Shown one piece after another: positions 28,394 to 37,930 of a stretch of DNA of 64,000 bases. The notes under the pieces were generated by a model. That model was not told the DNA's origin, did no database searches, and was given only the letters and a program-made list of their open reading frames with translations. Within the stretch, counting starts at the first letter, position 1; the number at the start of each line of letters is the position of its first letter. Both the position numbers and the translations under genes were made by a program. Source of the stretch: Candidatus Liberimonas magnetica (GTDB lineage Bacteria > Elusimicrobiota > Endomicrobiia > Endomicrobiales > JAFGIL01); the NCBI GenBank assembly GCA_020523885.1, contig JAJAPY010000002.1, forward strand, positions 236,023 through 300,022. The letters run 5' to 3'.

Positions 28394-29164
28394 ATGATAA
28401 CTTATCTATTCATTTGCTTTATATTCGGATTAATAGCAGGTAGTTTCGCTAATGTTTGCATATACAGAATACCGAATAACCTATCAGTTGTAAAACCAAG
28501 GTCTTTTTGTAAAAACTGCAAAAACCGTATCGCGTGGTATGACAATATACCCGTTTTAAGCTTTCTTGTTTTGTCCGGAAAATGTAGGCACTGCAAAGAA
28601 AAGATATCTTTAATTTATCCGTTCATTGAAATACTTACTGGCATTCTTTTTATTTTATTAGGATGGAGATTCATGTACCAGCCTGCTTCTTTATTCGTTT
28701 ATTCATTATTTACAGTGCTGCTTGTAATAATAGCGGTTATCGATTATCAGTATCAGATAATTCCGGATATCTTATCTTTATGTATATTAATCTTAGGCAT
28801 ATCTTTTTGTTTTTTTAACCGTGAGCTCGGAACAAACTGGCAAATGAGGTTCTTAAACTCAATACTTGGGGGAGTCGTAAGCGCAGGGTGTTTATTCGTG
28901 GTAGGTTATCTGGGGACTATGGTTTTAAAAAAGGATGCTATGGGAGGAGGGGACATAAAATTTATCCTTGCGGCCGGGACTTTAGTAGGCTTAAAAAAAG
29001 CATTCCTCACTATTTTTTTTGCTTCAATAATCGGAAGTATCATAGGCCTTATGCTCATAGTTTTGAAAAAAAATAAAAGAAATGAATATATTCCGTTTGG
29101 CCCGTTCCTAAGCCTTGCAGCTTATTTCATTTTATTCATACCTTCTAATTGGCTATTTTGGTAA
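28394..29164 (+). CDS. pilD: Prepilin peptidase / N-methyltransferase PilD (A24 family)
   Basis: Taken from the internal ATG at 28394 (MITYLFICFIFGLIAGSFANVCIYRIP). Cys box CKNCKNRI...CRHCKEKI and the aspartyl-protease motif GGGDIKF. The track ORF start at 28196 overlaps pilA and its terminator. Confidence 0.85.
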   Translation: MITYLFICFIFGLIAGSFANVCIYRIPNNLSVVKPRSFCKNCKNRIAWYDNIPVLSFLVLSGKCRHCKEKISLIYPFIEILTGILFILLGWRFMYQPASLFVYSLFTVLLVIIAVIDYQYQIIPDILSLCILILGISFCFFNRELGTNWQMRFLNSILGGVVSAGCLFVVGYLGTMVLKKDAMGGGDIKFILAAGTLVGLKKAFLTIFFASIIGSIIGLMLIVLKKNKRNEYIPFGPFLSLAAYFILFIPSNWLFW

Positions 29165-29230
29165 AAGCTGCTTTATTTTCAATAATTATTTCAAAAACGT
29201 ATTTACTAATACAAAAAAATGCAAATATGC

Positions 29231-29259
29231 TTGACAAATTAATTAAAATCTGTTATAAA
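29231..29259 (+). promoter_or_regulatory. Sigma70-type promoter candidate for pilMNOPQ (TTGACA-17 nt-TATAAA), overlapping an AT-rich imperfect palindrome
   Basis: TTGACA at 29231-36 and TATAAA at 29254-59. The imperfect palindrome TTATAAATTTATATAAATATGTTTATATTTATAAATTATAA follows. Confidence 0.35.
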
Positions 29260-29310
29260 TTTATATAAATATGTTTATATTTATAAATTATAATATTATC
29301 ATTACATAAT

Positions 29311-30438
29311 ATGCCGAAATTAATACCATCGATAAATATACCAAAATTATCTTTCCTAAAACCAAAAGATGCAATCGCTGTCGATATTGGAACCTCTTCT
29401 GTAAAAATAGTATTCCTGAAAGCTTCTGGCAATAAATATACTCTTGTCAAATGGGGTATTCTTCCCATCAATGAAAACCTGTCTGAATTACCCCCTCAGG
29501 AAAGGAAGTTAAATATTATTGCCCGGATAGGTGAGTTTTTTGCCAAGGAAAAAATACTTATAAAAAACGTTATAACCTCGATTTCTGGGCATCAGGTAAT
29601 AGTACGCTATGTGAATTTCCCCAAGTTATCAAGGGAAGAATTGAATAAAACAATAGTTTTTGAAGCTGAACCGTACATACCGTTCGACATAAAAGAGGTT
29701 GATTTAAGTTATCATATACTCGGAGATATAGTTGAAGAAGGACATAAGAAAATGGAAGCGATCCTTGTTGCGTGCAAGAAAGATGTTATTGCGTCAAGGC
29801 TGGAAATATTTAACGAGCTTAACCTGCGCCTCATTGTAGTTGATATAGACGCTTTCGCTCTTGAGAATGCTTACGAGGTCAATATCGACCCGTCTCTTCA
29901 GGAAACGGTAATGCTTATCAATATCGGTTCCGCTGTCACGAACATAGCAATAGTTGAGAACAATAAATCGAAAGTCGTAAGGGATATCTTTATCGCAGGA
30001 GATTCGTTCACTAAGATTATTCAAAGGAATTTGGGTTGTGAAATAAAAAAAGCCGAAGAGTTAAAATTCGCCCATAGTATATTGGTAACTGCCGAAGAAA
30101 AAGAAAAGACCTTGTCTGAGAACCAAAAAGAAGCTCTCCAGGTATCACAGGCGCTTTCATCTATGGCTAAAGATTTTTTAACGGAAATTCACAGGTCGAT
30201 CGATTTTTATATTTCCCAAAACCCTGATAGAACTATTAATAAGATACTATTAAGCGGTGGCTCCGCTAACCTGAAGAACTTGGACAGGTTGTTAAATAAC
30301 GATCTTAAAATAGCTGTAGAGGTTTTTAACCCCTTAAAAAACATAACTTCCGGGGAAGCTGTTCCACCGGAAATTGCAGCTCAATTGGCTGTGGCAACTG
30401 GGCTTGCAGTACGTCATGAAAATGACATGAATGAATAA
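29311..30438 (+). CDS. pilM: Type IV pilus assembly protein PilM (actin-like ATPase fold)
   Basis: 375 aa. AVDIGTSSVKIV phosphate-1-like motif. Directly followed by pilN/O/P/Q. Confidence 0.85.
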   Translation: MPKLIPSINIPKLSFLKPKDAIAVDIGTSSVKIVFLKASGNKYTLVKWGILPINENLSELPPQERKLNIIARIGEFFAKEKILIKNVITSISGHQVIVRYVNFPKLSREELNKTIVFEAEPYIPFDIKEVDLSYHILGDIVEEGHKKMEAILVACKKDVIASRLEIFNELNLRLIVVDIDAFALENAYEVNIDPSLQETVMLINIGSAVTNIAIVENNKSKVVRDIFIAGDSFTKIIQRNLGCEIKKAEELKFAHSILVTAEEKEKTLSENQKEALQVSQALSSMAKDFLTEIHRSIDFYISQNPDRTINKILLSGGSANLKNLDRLLNNDLKIAVEVFNPLKNITSGEAVPPEIAAQLAVATGLAVRHENDMNE

Positions 30439-30500
30439 ACAAGTTAGCCCCCTCGGGAACTTGTTGATTACATAAATTTTACACAAAGATTACAGCACTT
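30438..30500 (+). repeat. Hairpin + GATTACA element, copy C
   Basis: AACAAGTT-agccccctcggg-AACTTGTT, then GATTACATAAATTTTACACAAAGATTACAGCACTTACAG. Confidence 0.65.
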
Positions 30501-30539
30501 ACAGAAGTATAGAACTTTCAATTTTACTAGAAAATAATT

Positions 30540-31103
30540 ATGATCAAAGTCAATCTTCTAGCGGCAAACTTAATAAAAAAGGAAGAAAGAAACGAATTAT
30601 TTGTCCTTGCCTGTATCCTGGCTGCGATAATCGTTCTTTTAGGTGGTGCAGGGTATGGCTCAAAATTGTATTCAAATATGAAGTTAGAAAAGAGAATAGA
30701 GGTAGCAAACCGGGAATTGACTAAATATGAAAGTATAGTGCGCCAGGTTGAAGCTTTGCAGTCCACAAAAACGGTCCTGGAAACAAAGAAAAACCTTATT
30801 AATACTTTATCAGCAACAGGCCTTACCTATCCTGTATTTATGGAAAAATTAATGTCCGTATTGCCTGACAACATCTGGTTTAAATCCGTTAATACAAAGA
30901 CTTTAAATGATACTGATTTAAGCATCAGCATGGATGCGGAGGCTCTGGATAATTATGCTATAGCGGATTTCATAAGCTTTTTAAGTACCGATAAATCTTT
31001 CTCCAATATAGAATTAGGTCAAATTACTACCGCAGGCACGGATAAAATGCCGACTTATTCTTTCAAGATGACGGCTAATTATAGAAAAGAGATAAAAAAA
31101 TGA
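30540..31103 (+). CDS. pilN: PilN
   Basis: 187 aa. MIKVNLL N-terminus, one TM helix, then a coiled coil. Gene order supports the call. Confidence 0.75.
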   Translation: MIKVNLLAANLIKKEERNELFVLACILAAIIVLLGGAGYGSKLYSNMKLEKRIEVANRELTKYESIVRQVEALQSTKTVLETKKNLINTLSATGLTYPVFMEKLMSVLPDNIWFKSVNTKTLNDTDLSISMDAEALDNYAIADFISFLSTDKSFSNIELGQITTAGTDKMPTYSFKMTANYRKEIKK

Positions 31104-31639
31104 CGAAACAATTGATACAAAAATTAGTTGGCGTAGGGATATTCATTGTTTTTTTTGTTATTGTATATTTTAAATACCTGGCGGCACCGCTAGACCAAAA
31201 ATATCGGGAGTCATCCGAACAGCTGAATAATATCGAGACAAAAGTTGCATCTATGAAACAAAAGGCAAAAGAATTGCCGAAGCTGCAAAAGGAAATGAAA
31301 CTGCTCGAAGAAGAAGTAGCTGAACTGGGGAAAAGGCTTCCTAAAGAAAAGGGTATCCAGGAACTTTTGAGGATAATAACAAAAGATTCACAGAACTACC
31401 ATCTTAATGTCTTAAGCTTCAGCCCGAACCCTGTAGCTGAAAAATCAAATTATTTTGAAATACCATTCAGGGTCTCGGTCAAAGGGACGTATCATTCTCT
31501 GGCACAATTCTTGAGCGACTTAGGGCAGGAATCAAGGATAATCAGTGCAAAGAATTTAGAAATGTCTGCGGATACCAGTTCTAAGAACAATAGTATTACC
31601 GCCAGTTTTTCGATAATCGCATATACTTTTAAAGGATAG
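31100..31639 (+). CDS. pilO: PilO
   Basis: 179 aa. TM helix plus coiled coil plus a ferredoxin-like C-terminus. 4-nt overlap with pilN. Confidence 0.75.
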   Translation: MTKQLIQKLVGVGIFIVFFVIVYFKYLAAPLDQKYRESSEQLNNIETKVASMKQKAKELPKLQKEMKLLEEEVAELGKRLPKEKGIQELLRIITKDSQNYHLNVLSFSPNPVAEKSNYFEIPFRVSVKGTYHSLAQFLSDLGQESRIISAKNLEMSADTSSKNNSITASFSIIAYTFKG

Positions 31640-31652
31640 TTAGCAGAACGAA

Positions 31653-32135
31653 GTGGAGCCTAACTTGAGAATAGCACTGATAAATTCATTGTACCTTATT
31701 ATAATTTTCTTAACTGCCTGCGGGAGCAAGGAAAGCCCGGAACTCAGGCCTAATCTTCCTAAGATAGCACCGAAACAGCCTGAGGCGGCAGCTTTAAAAA
31801 AAGTAGCCCCACCGAGATATGCATATACAGGGTATAAATACAGGGATCCGTTTATAGCTTTAAATGCCAAGGGAGCTATGTTAAAGGGCTTAAATGACGT
31901 ACCTATACCTAATATTGACTCGTTGTCTTTAAAAGGCATACTGGACGACGGCAAACAAAAGATAGCTATTTTAGTAGGAGGCGGTTATTCTTTCATGCTG
32001 ATGGACGGCAATCTTTTTGACAGCAGGCGCAGGTTAGTGAACGGAATTACCGGGAGTATAAAAAAGGATTCAGTCGTTATTATAGATGCCATAAAAAAAA
32101 GCAAGGAAATAAAGCTTAAGGAAGAAAGTAAGTAA
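31653..32135 (+). CDS. pilP: PilP-like lipoprotein
   Basis: Lipobox LTAC, YRDPF motif, and a beta-rich C-terminus (LKGILDDGKQKIAILV). The start is uncertain: GTG at 31653 or TTG at about 31665. Confidence 0.6.
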   Translation: MEPNLRIALINSLYLIIIFLTACGSKESPELRPNLPKIAPKQPEAAALKKVAPPRYAYTGYKYRDPFIALNAKGAMLKGLNDVPIPNIDSLSLKGILDDGKQKIAILVGGGYSFMLMDGNLFDSRRRLVNGITGSIKKDSVVIIDAIKKSKEIKLKEESK

Positions 32136-32168
32136 GTTCCGAAGGGATTAACTTATCTGGAGGAAGAA

Positions 32169-34289
32169 ATGAAAAAAATAGCAATAGAATTGGGCATAAT
32201 AGGATCATTTTTGATGCTTTTTACCGGACTATCCCCTGCACAAGAAGGTTTTAAAACTTTGAATAATATAAGGGTTGACGGAAATTCGGTAATAATCAGC
32301 CTTTCAGGCAAGACAAAATACAATGCGTTTAAAATGACGAACCCTCCCAAGCTGATCGTTGAATTTTCAAATACAGAACACAATTTTAAAGAGAAGGACC
32401 TTGCTGTTAACAAATCTACTATAAAAAGAATAAGGAGCGGCCAGTTTAAGAATGCTCCGGTCAAGGTTGCCCGTGTAGTGATAGATTTGTCGGCAATGAT
32501 GGAATTTGAACTGAAGAGTGAAGGTAACGATGTGAAAATATCATTTAATCCGGATACAAAAGCAAGTGAGGTAAAAGAAGATCAAGCTAAAAAAACTCAA
32601 GTTGTGCCGGTACTTGCGCAGGCAGCACCGGTACCCTTAAAACCTGCAGCTGTTCCCGGTGTTCAAACACAGCAAAACCAAGCACCTGCACAGACAGCGC
32701 AGACTCCCATAACACCTGCAGCTGTTACTCCTTCTCAAACACAACAAAACCAGTCACCCGCTCAGGGATTAAATCAGCAAACTCAAAAAACTCCGGAACA
32801 ACAAAAAAAACCTGAAGAAACCAAACCTGCGCAGGCAAATCCAGAAACCCCGGTACCTAAGCCAAGTGAAGTAAAAGCCGTACCTGCAACAGCTGTTCCT
32901 AAAGAATTCCAAAAAATCCAGAAACAGAAAAATGACAACCAGTCCAAACAAATAAAACAGGTGAGGGCAAAAAGAGAAAAGCAAGCCGGTAAAGTAAATG
33001 ATCCGGTTAAAGCTTCGGAATCAAAATTAGTCCTTTTGCCGAAAATCCCTGTAACGCTCGATTTTGAGGACGCCGATATAAGGGATGTTTTAAGGGTTTT
33101 GTCCATGAAAAGCGGGATAAACATAATATTTTCAGATGATGTAAAGGGCAATGTTACCCTTCACCTTGAGAACGTGCCTTTCGACAAAGCGTTAGAAACC
33201 ATTCTTTCCTTGAACGGGCTGGTAAGCCAGGAACAGGGCCCGAATATTCTTCGTATTGCAACCCCTCAAAAGATAGCGGAAGAAAGGTCTCAGGCAGTGA
33301 CTTTTACAAAAATATTCCCTTTGAATTATGCAAAAGCTGAAGACGTAAAAGCTAACCTGGATTCTGTCCGCTCGGCCGAGGGAAGAAGAGGCAACGTTTC
33401 GGTTGATGCAAGAACAAACAGCCTGGTCGTAACAGACACTCCCGACGGGCTGGTTTCGGTAGAGAGGCTTATGAGCCAGCTTGATAAAAAGCCGCAGCAG
33501 GTTTTAATCGAAGCGAAAATAGTAGAAATAACCTTAACAGATTCTTATGACATGGGTATTCAGTGGCAGTATGCCGGGACCCCGGTAAATAATGACACTA
33601 CAAGGGTTGATGTAGGACAATCCGCCGCAGCCGCCGGGGCTGCAGGATTTGGCGCAGGTGCTGCCGGCCTTGCTCAAAGAAATGTAAGCGGAATTACAGC
33701 TGGCGGGACTGGTGTAAATTTCCCTGCAGCGCCTGCTGCAGGCCAGGCCGGTTCAATTGCTTTTGGGATAGTGGCAAATAATAACTATTTAACCGGTGCG
33801 CTCACTGCTTTAGCTCAAAAAGGGCTTTCAAAAACCTTATCAACACCCAGAGTAACTACGATCAATAATCAGGAAGCAAAGATACTTGTGGGCCAGAAAG
33901 TGCCGTACACTTCAGCACAGACACAATCTTCCATAGGGCAGACAACCAGCACTGAATTCCTGGATGTCGGAATAAAGCTGACGGTTGTACCTACCGTGAA
34001 TATCGATAATAAGATAACTCTTTTCGTCCATCCTGAGGTAAGTTTGTTTGTACGGGCTGATCCAGCCGGGCCGGTTCTAGGGACAAGAGAAGCTAAAACA
34101 ACGGTTTTAGTCGAAAATGGGGAAACTGTAGTTATCGGCGGCCTTATAACCGAAGAAGACCGGAAACTCGGCACTCAAGTACCGCTATTAGGCGACCTGC
34201 CTATAATAGGGCATCTGTTCAGGAGAGATTTTAAATCTAAAGACCGGACAGAACTATTGGTTTTCATTACCCCAAAAATACTTGATTAA
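32169..34289 (+). CDS. pilQ: Type IV pilus secretin PilQ
   Basis: 706 aa. Signal peptide, AMIN-like N-domain, P/Q/A-rich linker, and a C-terminal secretin domain (VLVENGETVVIGGL...VPLLGDLPIIGHLFR...ELLVFITPKIL). Confidence 0.9.
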   Translation: MKKIAIELGIIGSFLMLFTGLSPAQEGFKTLNNIRVDGNSVIISLSGKTKYNAFKMTNPPKLIVEFSNTEHNFKEKDLAVNKSTIKRIRSGQFKNAPVKVARVVIDLSAMMEFELKSEGNDVKISFNPDTKASEVKEDQAKKTQVVPVLAQAAPVPLKPAAVPGVQTQQNQAPAQTAQTPITPAAVTPSQTQQNQSPAQGLNQQTQKTPEQQKKPEETKPAQANPETPVPKPSEVKAVPATAVPKEFQKIQKQKNDNQSKQIKQVRAKREKQAGKVNDPVKASESKLVLLPKIPVTLDFEDADIRDVLRVLSMKSGINIIFSDDVKGNVTLHLENVPFDKALETILSLNGLVSQEQGPNILRIATPQKIAEERSQAVTFTKIFPLNYAKAEDVKANLDSVRSAEGRRGNVSVDARTNSLVVTDTPDGLVSVERLMSQLDKKPQQVLIEAKIVEITLTDSYDMGIQWQYAGTPVNNDTTRVDVGQSAAAAGAAGFGAGAAGLAQRNVSGITAGGTGVNFPAAPAAGQAGSIAFGIVANNNYLTGALTALAQKGLSKTLSTPRVTTINNQEAKILVGQKVPYTSAQTQSSIGQTTSTEFLDVGIKLTVVPTVNIDNKITLFVHPEVSLFVRADPAGPVLGTREAKTTVLVENGETVVIGGLITEEDRKLGTQVPLLGDLPIIGHLFRRDFKSKDRTELLVFITPKILD

Positions 34290-35904
34290 TAATATAGTGG
34301 ATTCTCAAAGCATTCCTAATAAATGGCTAATATATCTATTCGGTTCTATTTTAGCTGTTTCACCCATCTTAAGATTTAGCTGGGACTACCAAACCCAAAC
34401 AATTCTTGGATTACTCATAATACTTTCGTTCGTCTACCTGTTGAACAACTATAAATTCTCTTTTGATCTTGTCAGGGATGGTTTGTTTATTTTGTTCTTT
34501 GTCGCTACGTTGATACCGTGCCATAAAGTAAAAGAATTGTCTTTATATAGGGATGAACTACTATTTTTGCTGGGTTGTTTTATCTTTTCATTTGTTTTTG
34601 GGCATTTGCCTTCGGAGAAAAAAAAAGGTCTTTTAAAAATACCTGTTTTCATAGGCGTCTGGTTCTGTGTTATATTATTGGCCCATTTCTTTAGGGACCC
34701 CGAAAAATATGTACTCGGCACAGCTGTCCCATCTGAAATAATCGTTAACCTCAACATTATTGCAGGGTATTTGACCCTTTGTTTCGGATTGTCTTTAATA
34801 TTCTGGAATGACGAAAATAAAAATTACAGGCTCCTCCCGGTAATAATCTTTATAAGCATTATCCTGTCTAAATCGAGGATAGCGATATTTAGCGCATCGG
34901 TCATAGTAGTTGTGTTCTCCTATAGTTTTTACAAGTCCTATTTCAGGCTTGTTAAACTGTTATTGGTCTTAATAATAGTTATATTGAGTTTTTTGACATT
35001 CCTTAAAATGCACCAGTACCGTCTTTCGGATAATTTATATTTATCTGACAGACTAATTTGGTGGCATACTGCAATAAATATAATAGCGCAGAATCTTATT
35101 GCAGGAGTGGGCTGGGGGGGGTTCGGCAATATATATTTGAATTACAGGGCCTTGCCGGGTTTAAATACCCTGTATGCGCATAATTTGGCCTTACAGCTGT
35201 TAGCTGAAACAGGGCTAATAGGGTTTTCGCTGTTTATCGTTCTTTTGTTCAAAGTCTTCAAAAAGTCGACGGAATACGTAAAAGGGCTTGACAATGAATT
35301 TTATTTGCCGATTTTATCCGGGATAACAGCGTTCTTGTTTATTAACCTTTTTGACTACAGTTTCTACGTGCATTCAACATTGATGCTGTTCTGGGTTTGT
35401 TTTGGAATATTGTATTTCAAAGAAAGCCGGATGACTAAAAGAGAGAAAAGCTTTTTGCCCGTTTCTCTTTTCATGGCGCTCAATTTTATTATAGCCGTTG
35501 TTTTTCTCAAACCTTTTGCAGGATATATGTTTTTTAGAAACGGCGTTAATGTTTTTAATGAACAAAAATATGAGCAGGCTGAAGGGAAGCTGTTACTTGC
35601 CGTAGAATTAGACCCGGAGGCTTCCAGGTATTATAATGAACTGGCAAAAATATGTTATTTTGAATTTACAAGGAATAAAAACAAAGTCTACCTGAATAAT
35701 GCAATTGAAGCGGAAAAGCAGGCTATAGAGCATAGCAAAACCAATGCCGCATACTGGTCGGACCTCGGATGGTTATACTGGACAGACAACCAAAATAAAT
35801 ATGCGTCAGATTCAATGCTCAAGGCTATTAAGTATGACAGGTTCAACCCAAAATATCAAAACAATTTAAGGAATTTCCTGAATTTCACAGGCCATGCAAA
35901 GTAA
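34282..35904 (+). CDS. O-antigen ligase-like (Wzy_C family) polytopic membrane protein with a C-terminal TPR domain
   Basis: 540 aa with ~10-12 hydrophobic segments. Wzy_C-like loop (ILSKSRIAIFSASV...GVGWGGFGNIY...AHNLALQLLAETGLIG). C-terminal TPR-like repeats. Overlaps the pilQ stop. Confidence 0.65.
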   Translation: MINNIVDSQSIPNKWLIYLFGSILAVSPILRFSWDYQTQTILGLLIILSFVYLLNNYKFSFDLVRDGLFILFFVATLIPCHKVKELSLYRDELLFLLGCFIFSFVFGHLPSEKKKGLLKIPVFIGVWFCVILLAHFFRDPEKYVLGTAVPSEIIVNLNIIAGYLTLCFGLSLIFWNDENKNYRLLPVIIFISIILSKSRIAIFSASVIVVVFSYSFYKSYFRLVKLLLVLIIVILSFLTFLKMHQYRLSDNLYLSDRLIWWHTAINIIAQNLIAGVGWGGFGNIYLNYRALPGLNTLYAHNLALQLLAETGLIGFSLFIVLLFKVFKKSTEYVKGLDNEFYLPILSGITAFLFINLFDYSFYVHSTLMLFWVCFGILYFKESRMTKREKSFLPVSLFMALNFIIAVVFLKPFAGYMFFRNGVNVFNEQKYEQAEGKLLLAVELDPEASRYYNELAKICYFEFTRNKNKVYLNNAIEAEKQAIEHSKTNAAYWSDLGWLYWTDNQNKYASDSMLKAIKYDRFNPKYQNNLRNFLNFTGHAK

Positions 35905-37930
35905 AAGAACATTATATGTTTATTTATTTTTATTTTCTATTGTAACCTTATTTTTCCTGCCTGTGTTATGTTCAGGGAAGACTTATTTCCTCCGCGACCT
36001 GACTTATATTTTCCATCCCTGGAGAGTATTTGCTGCTGAATCCATTCAGAAAGGTGAAATGCCTTTATGGAATTCTTACTCCTATTGCGGGATGCCGTTT
36101 TTGGCTAATTGGCAGTCAGCTCTATTTTATCCGTTCAATATATTGTTTTATTTATTGCCTTTTTATATCGCGCTAAAATTATACTGCTTTATCCATTTTG
36201 CAGTTGCAGGTATATTTACATATTTATTTGCTGTAAAAAATAAATTCAGAACATATTCGTCCCTGGGCATGATGATCTTATTTGTATTCAACGGATTTTT
36301 GATCACAAAACTTGAGTTTTTAAGCCATATAGGCGTGGATGTGTGGGTGTTCGCATTGTTCTTGTTTGTGCAAAACCCTGTTTTGGCTGCCCTAACTGCG
36401 TCGATTAGTTTTATGGCCGGGCATCAGGTATTTATATTTCAAATAGTAATATTCATTTTTTATCTGTTTACGAAAGCTGTTATAATAAAAGATTATAACA
36501 AAATCTCCGTGAATTTAATTTATACTCTTATCATAGTTACCGGCATTGTTGCTGTACAGTTAATGCCTCTGGCTGAGCTTACGGCATATTCTAACAGGTT
36601 TATATCCGGTATAGGTTCAGATATAGCGATGCTGCATTCGCTTAAGATTGATGATGTGGCCAGGTTCCTTTACCCTAAATATAAAGCAGGCCAGATTCTC
36701 CTTGTTACGGGCGAAAAATATCAATGGGACACGACCCTCTATGTAGGACTAATATCTTCCTTGATAGCTTTTTACGGTATTTTTAATAAAAGAAAAGGAG
36801 AATTAACAAAAATATTTTCCTTAGTTTTGATTTTATCGGGATTTATATTAGCCTTGGGAAACACGACTTCAATTTATCCTTTCTTGTTTAAAAATGTATT
36901 TTTGTTTAAAACTATGAGATACCCGGTGCAGCTTATTTATGCTTCTATAATAGGGCTTACGATTATGTTCGGTTACGGTTTTGACGGTTTGTACAAAACC
37001 TTAAATAAATGGGTGCTTTTATCCTTGGTTTTGCTGGTATCTTCGGAACTATTGGTTTACGGATATCATTTTCAGCCTTTGGCAGATAAAACCTATTATT
37101 ATAAAAAACATGAAATTGTGGCTTTTATTCAAAAAAATATAGGTGCTGCCAGGTTCCTTTTAAGCCCCGGTACTGAAAAGAACAGATATTTTAGAGGGAA
37201 AGATGTAGAGGATTCATGGCAGAAATCAAGAGGATACCTCTATAACCTTACTTCTCTTCCTTATCATATAAGTAATGCATACGGTTTTGGAGAACCTTTG
37301 ACGTTAAAGAGTGTCGAAGAGTTCATAGATAAAGCGTATAAACAAAAAACCCCTCAGGACTTGTTGCCTTTCTTAGATATCTTGGGTGTAAAATATCTGC
37401 TATGCAGGGATGAACTTAAAAATCATGAAGGCTATGAACTCAAGTATAACGACACTCTATTTCTTTATCAAAAAATTGCTGAAACCAGATTATACGAATG
37501 TGGAACCCCTCAGATAAAAGCCCTTCGACGCACTCAGGATGCTGAGTATAGTATAAACACCGAAAGCTCATTAAATAATGTGACATCCCGCCAAGGCGGG
37601 GCGGTTATAAAAATAGTCGAGAATAAACCAGGTAAAATAACTCTGAATTCCACAGCTCCGGCAGAGTCAACAATTGTCTGGAAAGAAGCATTTATGCCCG
37701 GCTGGAAAACTTATGTAATCCCTTCCAGAAAGAGTGATGGAATTAAAGAAATAAACCTTTCAGAATGGAATGATTTATTTAGGATGTTTAAAATTCCCTC
37801 AGGAGAAAACAGGATTATTCAATATTATCTGCCGTTTTCATACAGAGTCGGAATTTTAATTACTGTTTTTACATTGTTATTGATATTAATTTATGGGGCA
37901 ATAAAATCTACTTATTGGATTATTAAGTGA
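35894..37930 (+). CDS. YfhO-like polytopic membrane protein (putative GT-C-type glycosyltransferase)
   Basis: 678 aa. N-terminal pattern GEMPLWNSYSYCGMPFLANWQSALFYPFNILFY is typical of YfhO-family proteins. Many TM segments plus a large C-terminal soluble domain and a final TM. Confidence 0.55.
   Translation: MQSKRTLYVYLFLFSIVTLFFLPVLCSGKTYFLRDLTYIFHPWRVFAAESIQKGEMPLWNSYSYCGMPFLANWQSALFYPFNILFYLLPFYIALKLYCFIHFAVAGIFTYLFAVKNKFRTYSSLGMMILFVFNGFLITKLEFLSHIGVDVWVFALFLFVQNPVLAALTASISFMAGHQVFIFQIVIFIFYLFTKAVIIKDYNKISVNLIYTLIIVTGIVAVQLMPLAELTAYSNRFISGIGSDIAMLHSLKIDDVARFLYPKYKAGQILLVTGEKYQWDTTLYVGLISSLIAFYGIFNKRKGELTKIFSLVLILSGFILALGNTTSIYPFLFKNVFLFKTMRYPVQLIYASIIGLTIMFGYGFDGLYKTLNKWVLLSLVLLVSSELLVYGYHFQPLADKTYYYKKHEIVAFIQKNIGAARFLLSPGTEKNRYFRGKDVEDSWQKSRGYLYNLTSLPYHISNAYGFGEPLTLKSVEEFIDKAYKQKTPQDLLPFLDILGVKYLLCRDELKNHEGYELKYNDTLFLYQKIAETRLYECGTPQIKALRRTQDAEYSINTESSLNNVTSRQGGAVIKIVENKPGKITLNSTAPAESTIVWKEAFMPGWKTYVIPSRKSDGIKEINLSEWNDLFRMFKIPSGENRIIQYYLPFSYRVGILITVFTLLLILIYGAIKSTYWIIK

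Noticed and set aside
32640-33000. Repetitive P/Q/A/T-rich nucleotide repeats inside pilQ (CAAACACAGCAAAACCAAGCACCTGCACAG-like units).
   Set aside because: They are in-frame low-complexity linker between the AMIN and secretin N-domains, a common feature of PilQ proteins and not an independent element.
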